Source: Ramazzottius varieornatus
Taxonomy: Eukaryota > Animalia > Tardigrada
Reading direction: 5' to 3'
DNA length: 64,000 nt
Assembly: GCA_001949185.1 (NCBI GenBank)
Contig: BDGG01000016.1
Coordinates: 496,001-560,000 of the forward strand
In this document: in pieces, positions 38,958 through 50,401 of the stretch
Layout of the letters: each line of letters opens with the position of its first letter
Position numbering within the stretch: the first letter of the stretch is position 1
Made by a program: the position numbers and the translations under genes
Notes under the pieces: model-generated
Databases searched by the model: none
Told to the model about the DNA's origin: nothing
Seen by the model: only the letters and a program-made list of their open reading frames with translations

Positions 38958-40800
38958 TGGATCTCTGTCCCTCAAGAGCTGAACAAGCGAGCGCGCCAGC
39001 AACTTCAACTGTTGCTGTTCCACTTTCTATTCCCAGTGAGCCTTCCATTGGCGCCAGTCCCGATACCCAAGTTGCTACTGACCCTCTTCCATCTAGAAGC
39101 AAGGTTGCCAGACCTGACGAAGAAATTTTCTTTGTGGACAAGATTCTTAAGAAGCGCGTGAACAACAAGGCAAGTGTGCATGAGCCAAATATTGGATTAA
39201 TTCTGAAATATTCCACGGATGAGCCCGCATTAATTTATTGCTTCCGTATACTTGCATGCGTCCTAACACTGTCTACTGCATTTTTAGGGAGAGATTTTGT
39301 ACTACGTCAAGTGGAAGAACTACGATAGCAAGTAAGTTTGGCAAACGTACCGCGAACGCCGAACGGAAGTATTGTTATATTTTCGTATTTTATCCGAGAA
39401 TTATTCGCGGTTTCAAATTCACTCATCGTTCTGTTTTGAAGGCACAACACGTGGGAGCCAGCTACTAGTTTCAACGATGTTGCTTTGATAGAAAATTGGG
39501 AAGCAAAGTAGGTTATAGTTTTCAATCCCGTAGGAGATAAATAGCTAGGGATATAAAAGTTCTTTTTTCAGGCGTAAGCGCGGAAAGAAAATGAAGCGCG
39601 GCGGGAAAACTCGCAAACTCGCCAAACCAGTTTCCGACTCTTCCTCCGTACCCTCCGACAGTTGCTCAGTCAGCACCAGAACTTCGTTCAACGACCACGA
39701 ACCCAGCGAGAGCAGCTGCGATATCATCATGAAGACCAAGCCGTCGAAGAAGGCTAAAGTCAAGCGAGTACCGGTACCACGGCAAGAGCGAGCTGGAGGA
39801 CTCAGTCCCGAAGCCTCAACTTCAGCCTCGACGTCGATCGCGGGAAGTGTCCTTGACGGGAAAAAGAAGAAGCAGATCGGGCTTCTCGAGAGGGGTTTCA
39901 AGAAAGTGGAAAAGAAACTGGGGTTGAAGAAGATCAAAGAAGGGGAGGGTGAAAGCCAGCCGGAAGCGGGCAAAGTATCGACGCCTGTGAAGACCGAAGG
40001 TCCGCTGAAGTTGTCCAAAATGGACTTTTTGCTGTCACAGAAGAAATTGACACCGGAGAAAGTACCGAAGAAAAAGAAGAAGAAAACGGGGATTATCAGA
40101 AAGGTGTCAACAGTGGTTTGGGACCTCGGCAGACAACCTCAACAAGATCGTTTTTCCAAGTGGCACACGCTCTCTGGAAGTAAAACTGACAACGTGCGCC
40201 ACTTGGGAAAACAATCTGGTCGAGTTTGCTTGCCGAGCGCCCAGCTTTTCAGTGATAACGGGAACCGGGATTTTGAATGTTTCACATCAAACTTCTTGTT
40301 TTAGTTTTGGTTTGGTTAAAGTTTGAAACGATTGTTCTTTTGGTTGCAGAAGTTGGAACTCGGTTCACCGAAGACGAAGTTGAAGACTGGTGAGAAAGAA
40401 GTCAGGAAGAAATTTAATGCTGACAGGACGTCGAAAGATGTACCGGTACGTGATACAGTCATGTCCGAATTCACTGAACTGGCTAGTCGGGACTTCGCAC
40501 TGAAGTACCTTCAAAAGGGTGATCCGTCGATCATGGTCGAAATGACCATCATCAAAGACGGCGACAAAGAGATTCTCTTTGAGGAAATACGCTTCGGAAC
40601 TGGCTCTGTCCGTCGCTCTGAACCACTGGGAAAGTGAATATTCTATTTATTAGTTCTTGAAACTTGTTTCTGCGAACGTGACTTATTTCTAGCGTGATTA
40701 AGCAGTGCCAAAAATCGTCATTCCGTTTTACGATGACCGACCAAAGCGCCATTTGAGATATTGTCACCGTGTTTTGCAAATATTCTTTTGTCACCCCTAC
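38958..40800 (+). CDS. Divergent HP1/CBX-like protein: chromodomain, long Lys-rich hinge and chromo-shadow-like end (apparent 1-nt frameshift in the last exon)
   Basis: Spliced chromodomain EEIFFVDKILKKRVNNK|GEILYYVKWKNYDSK|HNTWEPATSFNDVALIENWE, using a GC donor at 39170 and an acceptor at 39287. Basic hinge spans ~39572-40450. The C-terminus IKDGDKEILF..NVIKQC/PKIVIPFYDDR resembles the HP1 shadow motif CPQxVIxFYEER. Confidence 0.75.
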
Positions 40801-41284
40801 CCGCTGTTTGTATTCTACCAGCGCCGCCAGCGGGATACTTCTGACATACAGGGCACTCGCACCAACTTGCTACCACCCATGAAAGCATGGATTTTTTTTG
40901 ACTGGATCATTACTCAACTGTCAAACTAGTTTTTCCTGGTCTGACATCCTGTTTGCAACCTCGTAAAACATTACCGACCAGAAATCTTTTCGGGAGGAGT
41001 CGTAACCGACATTAAGCTGGAGGAAATGAGAGGCCAGAAGTCTCAACTTTCTCAGTTTTTGGGGACGCTTCCAAAAACCAGTTTTTCAGTTTTCGGTTCA
41101 AGTCATGCGGCACGGCGATTCACGACAATTACAACACGAGCTGGGTTATTCGAAAAGTGATCAAAACCATGAATCTGCCGATCAGGTCAAAAGCGGGAAT
41201 TTTTTCATAGAGCAAGGTTTCGCGGCAAAATAGCCGAATTTGCTGTTTAAAATTCGTTTGCCGAGTTATCTTAATGTTCCCGTA

Positions 41285-41615
41285 CGAGGTAAACGACATA
41301 ATTCCGACATATCGATTTCGCACCATAATTCGGGCAACGCGAAAGGTTTGAATGTTACCTTCAACGCTTGATTCATGCCTCATCGTACGTGTGTTGATAC
41401 AGCATTAGGTTTTTTAACATTGGACAGACCCATCGATCCCAGGCCAGATTCCCGTAATCTACAACGCTTTCCCGTTCTTAGACCTATTGGAACCTCGAGG
41501 AGAGGGATCAGTCCACCTCAGGAAACAAGAAGCGGTTCATTACGCGCAGCAGGAGAAAAATATGCCCGAATTAATAGTTAAAAATCACTATGCCCGCATT
41601 ATGTCGTTTACCTGG
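41285..41615. mobile_element. Tc1/mariner-type MITE, copy 2, flanked by TA on both sides
   Basis: Direct near-identical repeat of 38358-38688. TA-CGAGG..CCTGG-TA termini. Confidence 0.85.
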
Positions 41616-41859
41616 TAGATCTTTTTAATTTTCACGTATAACCAAGACAGTTGTTGGCCTGTTGATAGCAGATTTCAGGTCGAAACTTCAACATTGGGTC
41701 CTGTTAAGTATGGAAACAGTTTTGATCGTTACGATAGGTCTTCCCCACCGGAAGTCACACTAGTCAAATTCTTCAAGTTGCTGCTCAATATCATAAAACG
41801 GCTCATAGTTCAACCGAAACAGCTTGAAAAGTTGTATAGGTAGTGGAAGAACAGGCCGT

Positions 41860-42075
41860 CAAGTGGTACTATCAACAGGGTGTAACAATGCACTATGGTT
41901 GTACGTAAAACAGATGACTAATGGTAGAGACCACTTTCGGTGGCAAGAAATTTCTTTGATCTTCCGCCATAAGCTCAGGCTTGCCATAGTTTGCCCCAAT
42001 TTAAGGGCTTTAGAATGCCTGAACAGCTTTCTACGATGACTCAAGTGGTCTATAATTCATTCTATTTCACCGCTG
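41860..42075. repeat. Right arm of the ~200-bp inverted repeat (partner 37101-37310)
   Basis: Reverse complement of the left arm. The ORF track shows the same peptide on opposite strands (37137- and 41824+). Confidence 0.88.
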
Positions 42076-42354
42076 TTATGTTGCGAATGTTTTGACATTT
42101 TAATGATATTTCAACCGAAATGAATTTTAGAAGCGAGTAGGGGGAAAACCAGCACGGAAATTCGGCTCACCTTCTGTGGAGCCGTTGTTAGCCTTGAACA
42201 GAAAGGCTGATTGGCAATGTAGGCTTCTGCTGCCCTTGTCGTCCAGAAGGGTACCTCGATGGCTTCGAGTTCGGACTGAACTATCGGGTGCCAGATGCGG
42301 CTGTCTGAGAGTCAGTAGGCAGCTTAACCGAGTGGTCCTTCCCCAGCGAAACTA

Positions 42355-43700
42355 TCAATATCTCTTGAACCAGACTTTCCATATGAGCCAACCTACAATC
42401 GTGCAGACTACTACGGCAAAGATTCCGAAGAAGATGTACATGAGTGTTTGCGTGGTGGACGCCTCCGTTGTCGTGGACAGCGACATGGTCGTAGCCGTCG
42501 AAGCTTCCGTCGTGGTGGTCGAAGCATATGCGGTCGTAATTTGGTAGATAGTGGAGGTGGGGGTACTAGGTAGCGGTGTGGTCGTCGTCGTCGTACTGGT
42601 AGTGGTCGTACCGGGACCGATAGGGCCTAACACGCGGAGCATCTCGCGGACCATGGCTATCGTACACTGATGGACATCATCGGTAGCACAACAGCAGTGC
42701 ACCGATTGAAGTTCGTCGATGCAGCACGACAGATCTTGGTTACCGCAGTAGGCGCTGCTGGACTGGCTGATACCAACACCTGACTGAACGAAACCGTTGA
42801 TCCCGGGACACGTTTGCAGTTTGATGGGCCTTCTGCAGCTCTTTGTAATCCACACACAGGTCCTGAAAAGCAATCTCATAACTTGAAATGATGATGTACA
42901 TGCACTCTGGTAGCTAACCCGTAAGGCCCGATTGCCGAGCCAACGGTGGTAGTTTCCTCGCCCTCCATGGAGTCGTCTGAATAGTCGGTGTCAATTACAG
43001 TAGTCCGTCTGGGTCGTCTGGTGGTGGTGGTGGTGGTCGTGCTCGTAGAAGTGCCATCTGTAGTCGATTCCGATGTGTCTTCTTCAAAATCGTCAGTGAT
43101 TTCCTCAGTCGTAGTCGTGGTCGGTATTGTTGAGGTTGTGGTTACAGTGGTGGTGGTTGGGCGCTTGGCCGGGCTGGTGGATGTGGAGCTAAACGGGGTG
43201 GTCCTCGTACTAGGCGTGGTAGTGGTCGTACTAGGCGTTATGATAGTCGTGCTAGGCGTGGTGGTCGTCGTAGTCGTACTAGACGTGTTACTGGACGGGG
43301 CGGTCGTCGTGGTAGACGTTGTGTTGCTGGATGTTGTTGTTGTCGCACTGGGCGTCGTGGTAGTCGTGCTGGACGGGGAGGTCGTCGTGGTAGACGTCGT
43401 GTTACTGGTCGTGGTGCTGGAGGTGGTACTGGACGTGGTGGTGGTGCTGTTGATCGGTGTGGTCGTGGTTGTCAAGGTCACAGTAGAAGTGGGATCCCCA
43501 TCAACACTGGACGTCACGTTAGAGGCGGTCTCCGTTGCCAGTGCAGGTAGATCAGAATACTCGTAATCGGGATCGGTGGCATTGGTATAGCCATAAGCAT
43601 GTATGCATCCCGTATCCCGCTTTCGCACAGTTTTACCAACCACGGGTTCTTCATGCATCAGGCCGAAAGCTCCCCAGAGCAAGAACGTCACAGTGTCCAT
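42355..43700 (-). CDS. Mucin-like type I membrane protein: Thr/Ser-rich stalks, a 10-Cys module, one TM helix and a very short tail
   Basis: MDTVTFLLWGAFGL is a possible signal peptide, followed by long poly-Thr tracts. A short intron (~42864-42919, gttagc..ttttcag) joins SAIGPYG to TCVWITKSC... The TM segment LMYIFFGIFAVVVCTIVGWLIW is followed by KVWFKRY*. The 5' end is uncertain. Confidence 0.7.
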
Positions 43701-44440
43701 TTCTGCATAAGTGGTGGAAAAAGGATCACTGTCAACCTGTTGCGAGTTACATCTGTTACAGTTGACATGGAAATCCCGCTTTTTCTCCCAGCGGGAGTCC
43801 ATTAACACCCTGAATACCAAGCTTTTTGTGTCGGCAGATTACCAGCGTACTCACTGTTTGCACAGAACTTTAACTGAAGGAAAAGGGAACGCGTAACCCA
43901 AATTAGTCAATCGATAACTTTCAGAATTCCGAAGTTGTGGAGATTGGCAGGCCGTAAAGGCCAACTTGGGAAAAATAGCCCTGGCCGTTTTGATTTTTTT
44001 CTGGACGCACCGATGACACCAAGTTTGTCCCAAGCCTAGTATCGGTAGAGGAAGATCTCCTTAGTGTTTCAATTTTTTTCTAAACAGATGGTAGCTATGT
44101 ATCTCGAGCAAAGACATGAAGCCTGAAACACTCCCGAAACTGCCCGAAATTGTAAGGATTTTTTCCAGCCTGCGGAAGATGTACTGACCAGTGGTCATCA
44201 GCTGCGTTTCGGTGATAAGACCGCAGAACCGGCAATGAAAACGAGTTTGATTCAAACCGGGCAAAATGGAAATTATTGGGAGCGAAAAAGTGCCGTATTG
44301 TACTCACAATGAGTACGGTGGTAATCAGGGTGTTAAGAATCCAAAACCCCGAGAAGCATCAATAACAGAGTAGAAAATGAAGCAATAAGTTACTGAAACA
44401 ACTCACAGTAACGGTACAGTTCGAAAGATGATAGTTCAAA

Positions 44441-47400
44441 TCAAACTGCTTTATTCGAGCTTTTGTTCAACAAGTCTAAACCAACGAACCCAAACTTGCC
44501 ACTCATTTCCCCACTTTCGTAGTCAATAAGGCACTCATATGACAGTTTGTCTCCTTTCCGGATAGGATGACCGTGTCTCGCCAAGTATACACCTTGGCGA
44601 TGATACGGGTTAAACCTGGAAACAGAGTATAAGGTTAGACATAACTAGAACGTGGGCAAATCAACTAAACCAGATCGTTTTCCATAGTAGCGCACACTAG
44701 GTACAACGCGACAAGAACGACAAAGTGTGCCATTTATGATAACAACGATGCAGCTCGATTGACTTGCCCACATCCTGAATGTTTGTAAGCTGGTGTCAGT
44801 TTCTTGTTAGGTTTCTAACTTTTCTCTTCCTTACCGAGCATATTCACCAGGAACAGGTACGCCATCAATGCCCGTCGTCCACATCATTTCCGTCCCATCA
44901 AGCGGCACAGAATACTCTACCCAGAAAGCGATGCCGTTATACTTTCCATCAATCACGGCCTCTGTCGTGCCCGAAACACTCAGGAAGTCCTTGACAAGTG
45001 GCCGGTCCAGATCGAAGATGTGGACGGTGAAGACCTCGCTCAGTATCCGGCCAGGGTACTCCCACAGGGGCTGTGGCTCGATGGACGAGTCGGCCTTCTC
45101 CATGGCGGATTCGACCAACTCGTCGAACTTGCCGACTCTGATGCCTTCGACAGAGTTGATGGGCGAACGAATCTTCCACAGATCGTCAAACTCCATCAAG
45201 CACCCGCGAATACGAGCTTCCCAAGGGATCATCTTGAAGTTCGGCGTCAGGTGAGGTCGTAAATGTTCAACGTAGGACTAGAAAACACATTCGAGAGCTT
45301 CAAAAAACTTGTATCAGTTATTAGCATCAAACTGCTGCGCGTTGGTAGAGAGAACAAATTTTGAATATTTTTGTTGCATTGAGACTTACAAGAAGAATGA
45401 GCATATGCTGCCACGGAAGAAGACCGTGGGTGAAGTAAGGCTCGGAAACAACAACGTCGATCTATAGAAAATAGCCAGTAATTACAAGAGCCAGTAAACT
45501 TTGGAAAGGCCGAAAATGTGTGTGGAACAATCCATGAATAAAGATACGCCAGAAAAGGCTGAGTGACGTGAGGAAGAAAGAGACATTTTTACCTTTTGAG
45601 AATCGAAATCGACTTCACTGACCAGGTCCGTCAATTTCTCGATCACAGTCACTCTGGACTCTGCTTCGTTAGCTTTCAGCCAAGTCTTCAGAATCTGAGC
45701 TGCCAGATGATCACTCTCAATCACGAAAACGTTTTTCCAAGGCTGCTTTGCTGCGAGGATCGGAAGGTAGGAAGGCGCACCGATATACAGGACATTCAAG
45801 TTTGGTGAGGACATCTGCAAAGGATAAGCAGACTGTCAGACATAAAAATCCCAAAAACGGAAAACACTCCAGAGAATATCAATATTTTACCTTCTGTAAA
45901 GTTCTTGCCCAGAACTTCACACGTGCGACATTACTTAACATGGCCGTGCGTGTGCGGTTCATCACAATATGGGCATAACAAGTACAGACGAGGTGCTTCA
46001 AGTGGTTTTTGGGCGTGTTCTGGTCGTGTGAGACGCAGAAATTGAAGCTGTACTCATCATGGACGGAATGTAGGTAGAAAGGATTGCCGGGATGGATCTT
46101 CAGTTGTGGTGTCAGGTGATATACGGCTTGCATCCAGTGGTCTCTCCAGGGAAAGTTTGTTCCACTCCTACCGTTGTGGACTATGCCGTTGTCTTCCGAT
46201 TTGGGCTGAGTTGAAGGTTCTTGGGCCCATGTTGGTGCGCAGGTGAGGATGATTTCACCTTCGGGATCCATCTTCAGGTCCCACCACATGAAGACGGCGT
46301 CACAACGTCCTGCTTTGCGAGGCATGATGGCTGTGGTCTTTTCTTCCTGCAATGGAAAATAAACCAGACCTCCAGAAACGCAAAAAGCGGTCTGACTCGA
46401 GGATCGAACCACGAATCACTGGATCAGCAGTCCATCACGGAGTAGACCACTACCGACTTGTCAGAACTCAGAAGTCACAGTCACGTAGCTGACTTATTTA
46501 GCTATCAATTAACGGATTGCGCANNNNNNNNNNNNNNNNNNNNNNNNNNNNNNNNNNNNNNNNNNNNNNNNNNTCCCCCTGTCAGCGACGAGGCGTCAGG
46601 ATCAGGATCAGGATCAGGATCAGAAAGTCCATTCCTTGATTCATTGATGCTCTGCCAATGTTGTCGTTTTTTTGAATAGATTTCCTGATCCTGATTCTGA
46701 CGCCTCGTCCCTGACAGGTTTGCGCAATCTCTCAATTACCAACACGACTTCAACACCGTGACGTCATACGTCGACTGAAAGGAGTGCTCATCAAACTGGT
46801 TTGAAATTTCTCTTACTTGAAACGTAAGTCCTTCTCGCTTCGAGAAGCAAAAGTCATACAATGGCTGGACTTCGGACAGTCTGCGGAAGTCTTGACGAGG
46901 GTAGAGCTGACTGAGCTGCAAGTCGTGGACGGAGGACGAACCCGGACAGTCCCTCCACTCTGTCGGGACGTTCAAGCCAATATTGTCCCCGAGGTGGTTG
47001 TGCTGCAGGAGGAAGTGGCTCTCAACTACCTGAATGTATACTGTCGCTGCGTAAGGCACAGTAATCACATCGTGTGTGAGTAGGTTCTCGTGAGCATGGA
47101 TGAAGACTCCCAGGGCCCCTTCGCCAATCAGCTCCGTATCGAAGACTTCCGACACGAGGATGTTACAGCGCTCTTCCAAATCTTCTGGGACCTGCAGTGC
47201 TGTGGAACGTTTCATGACAAGCTTAATCTTATCCTCCATCCCGTTGTCTGCAATGATCAACTTCGCTGCTTGTGCAACAGGTTCGAAGGCTTCGCACGCG
47301 GTGACGGTGTCTGCGCCGTGCTGAACGGCCAACATCGCGAGAAGACCTGTGAAACAACAACATTGAATATCCACTGAAATTTGGCAAGCCATAATGCTCA

Positions 47401-47704
47401 GAGCGACCAGGGCGCAACATGGGCATCCAGCAAAGACAACGGTACCACACAGCCTGCTTACTTTATTATTTACTGTACCTGTTCCAGTACCAATGTCCAA
47501 AACACGTGCTTTCTGTCCTCGCGCATGGACGGCGTCAATAGCTTTCTTCAATCCTTGGGAGTACTTGATGTTTCGGTCCGTATCGTGCAGCATATCCCCG
47601 TAGCGAGAGCGCGCAATCTCCTGCCAGTAGTCGTAATCTTCGTCCAGCAGTCCCCATTCCATCTTACCGGAAGAGACATTCAACCGCGTCACGAATCGCG
47701 ACAT
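44441..47704 (-). CDS. PRMT7: Protein arginine N-methyltransferase 7 (tandem PRMT modules), multi-exon
   Basis: DYDYWQEIARSRYGDMLHDTDRN, VLDIGTGTGLL, VSEVFDTELIGEG, FMWWDLKMDP, WRDHWMQ and HDEYS. A second degenerate module contains SEPYF and QPLWEYP. The last exon FNPYHRQGVY.. ends at TGA 44441. Confidence 0.93.
46507..46737. mobile_element. Palindromic MITE-like insertion in a PRMT7 intron (contains an N gap)
   Basis: CCTGTCAGCGACGAGGCGTCAGGATCAGGATCAG pairs with CTGATCCTGATTCTGACGCCTCGTCCCTGACAGG. Outer arms are GATTGCGCA / TGCGCAATC, and GGATCA hexamers repeat inside. Confidence 0.6.
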
Positions 47705-48353
47705 CTTGCGCTGCGATATAACTCTGAAAGACACAAGTATCTGGCTCTTCTTCAGGCTCGATTTTAGAACATTGCCTGCAGATTTGCAAGCGCGGAACAA
47801 CATATATAAAGTAGATTCCAGGCTTCCAGCACAAAGGAAGATATTCCACAAATTCCACTTCGAAATTTCGCAAGAATCGCAACAAACCTGATGGTGAAAA
47901 CTTCCATTAACCACAGCGCGTGCTGAGTCCCTTTGAGTCGATCTGTTGTTAAGCGCCAGGATCGATGCGATGGTGCGCAGTCCGGTGAACGGTACGATAA
48001 GCATCACAGATCAGCTGTGGGGAATCGGGATTATCTTTATCAGATGTTTTCCATTCACAAAAAACAATCACATACTCGCAACTTGAATAAGTTTTGCTCT
48101 CACTCCATCTGAAATTACTCGAGGAACAACTGGCCCACTGTTTTGATTTCTTCCAGGATCAGCGATTCGCACCGCCGGACAAGTAGACCACAGTTACAAC
48201 ACGGAGAGCGATTGAAGTATCCGATTACCTCGTTCGACTTCACGCTTCCTCCAACTTACCTATTTTCGACAGTTTCAACAGCACTGATTCTTGAGTTAGG
48301 ATCCAGTGCTGCCGCTGTTCGTCTGGATTTCTTCTCAACTTTGAGTTAGTAAG

Positions 48354-49985
48354 ATGCATGGATCATCCAAGTCGCGGACGGAAGCCGTCCCGCATGATCC
48401 TGAGAAGCCGCCCTCCCGAATGGAAGCTTATCGAAGTCCCATCACTGCTGGGATAAATTTATTCTCTGGCGCAGTTGGTACCTTTCTTCCTCCTCCCATA
48501 ACATCTTGCTCGCTTAAAAAACCATGTCCCAAAATTGGGGTTTTTTTTAAGGTGGAGGGTTCGCCGTGCTGCTCTGTCAACCGCTCGACACGATAAAGGT
48601 AAAGAATTACATCCGTTAATCTCCACCGAATTTTTCATTAATTTTTTGAACTTTTTTTTACGGTAGGTGAAGATGCAAACCTATCCGCAACTGTACTCAG
48701 GCGCGTATAACTGTGGAGTTTTAACGTGGAAACGGCAAGGCATTCGGGGACTGTATGCGGGCACCGTGCCTTCCTTGACAGCCAACATCTTGGAAAACGC
48801 TTCCTTGTTTATGTTTTACGGCTTTTGCCAGAAAGTCGTTCAGGTAGATATACCACAAATTATCCACCTTTAACAAGTTTACTGTATTTGGTTGTTATGT
48901 TTGACAGTCAGTGCTGAACGTGCCGCGAGCCGAAGATCTGACTACCTTCCACAACGCTTGTGCCGGTGGAGGCGCGGCCTTCTTCACCAGCTTCTTCCTC
49001 TGTCCTACGGAACTGTAAGGTTAGATTTCCCTGACTAACCCCATGACCTTCCAGACATATTACTAAGCTGGTGATATATCTGCAGAATAAAATGCCAGCT
49101 TCAAGCCATGGACGAAGGTCGACAAATCAAGATGGTACAGAACCCTAACATCAAACTTCCTCCAAAAATGTAAGTAACTTCCGCATGCACCTCCTTTCTT
49201 GTGAGGACAAAGCTCCATTACGATTTTTGGTGTAATTTTTTATTGGATGGTAGAGGGTCGGCAGCGTTGGTGCGGAATATCATGAAAACTGAGGGTGTCA
49301 AGGGAATGTTCCGCGGGTTGACGAGCACCTTCGTTCGCGAAATCCCCGGCTACGCCTGTTTCTTCGGAGGCTACGACGTGGCAAAGCGGTTTTTAGCGAG
49401 ACCTGACCAGAACAGGGAAGAACTGGAGTCATGGAAAACCGTACTGTGTGGAGGCTTTGCGGGAGTTAGCTGTTGGATAGGTACGAGCAGCTATAACACT
49501 TCTACTTAAACAGGCCATAAAATACTGTGATTTAAGTTTTTAGTAACCAACAAAAAGTTTCTTTGGCAGCAGACAGAAATTACTGAATAGTTTTGCCATT
49601 GCTTGATTTCAGTTCGTGCTCTCAAACTAGTCGCATTTTGGTGTTTTCTGTTTCCGTAGCGGTTTTCCCTGCCGATGTCGTGAAAAGCCGGTTGCAAGTT
49701 GGCAACTCGACTGCGGGGTTCCTGAAAACGCTGACTACGATAGCGAGGACAGAAGGTAAGTAACGTGAGCTTTCCTAAGCTCGTTGTTCGGGCTTATGTT
49801 GAGTTAGTGTTCAAGGAAGTAACACCAGTATACTCTATGGGGGTTATTCTGTGTGGGTTACAGGTATACTGGCCTTATATAATGGTCTGGGTCCAACCTT
49901 GCTGCGAACTTTCCCGGCATCTGGTGCATTGTTCCTGGCCTATGAGTATACCAAGTCGACCATGGAGTTCCTGATTTTCAGATAG
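48354..49985 (+). CDS. SLC25A15: Mitochondrial carrier, ornithine transporter ORNT1-like
   Basis: Three carrier signatures ([33 protein letters not shown]), plus [41 protein letters not shown] and [20 protein letters not shown]. Stop is TAG 49983-49985. Confidence 0.85.
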
Positions 49986-50401
49986 AGTGCGAAGTTATCA
50001 TACTTCCGGTGTGCCTTGTGCGGTGCCTTTGTGTGCGTGTATGGTTGATGTGGGGCGACAGGCGGCCACGTCCGGTCGCATCTTTACCTCCCTTGTTTGT
50101 TTCACTCACTGTCTGTGTTTGGAAGACTGTTCTTGTTGCTCAAATGGGTATTGTACTGACAGTCAGAGTGTGAAATCGATTAAATAACCATAATGCTCGG
50201 ATGAATGCCGTTCGTTGGTCATTTGCTCGGGTTCTTGTTCGATAGAGTGCGAATTTCAGTTAGAGAATATGTTGCTTGATCGTGAAACTTCAAGGGCTTG
50301 CTGTCATGTTACTGTCATTTTCTGGTGATCTGAAGGACGGGAAGGTGATCTTAACCTTTCTCTGTTTCATACGGGAAGAATGATTAGTATTTTGCGATAA
50401 G

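Noticed and set aside
42988-43566. Val-rich 192-aa + strand ORF
   Set aside because: Antisense shadow of the poly-Thr (ACN) codons of the mucin-like gene.
46598-46625. GGATCA hexamer run read as an SG/DP peptide repeat
   Set aside because: Part of a palindromic intronic insertion next to an assembly gap, with no coding context.
47705-48007. 100-aa N-terminal extension of PRMT7 in the ORF track
   Set aside because: It begins at a non-ATG codon. PRMT7 similarity starts at MSRFVTRLN (47704).
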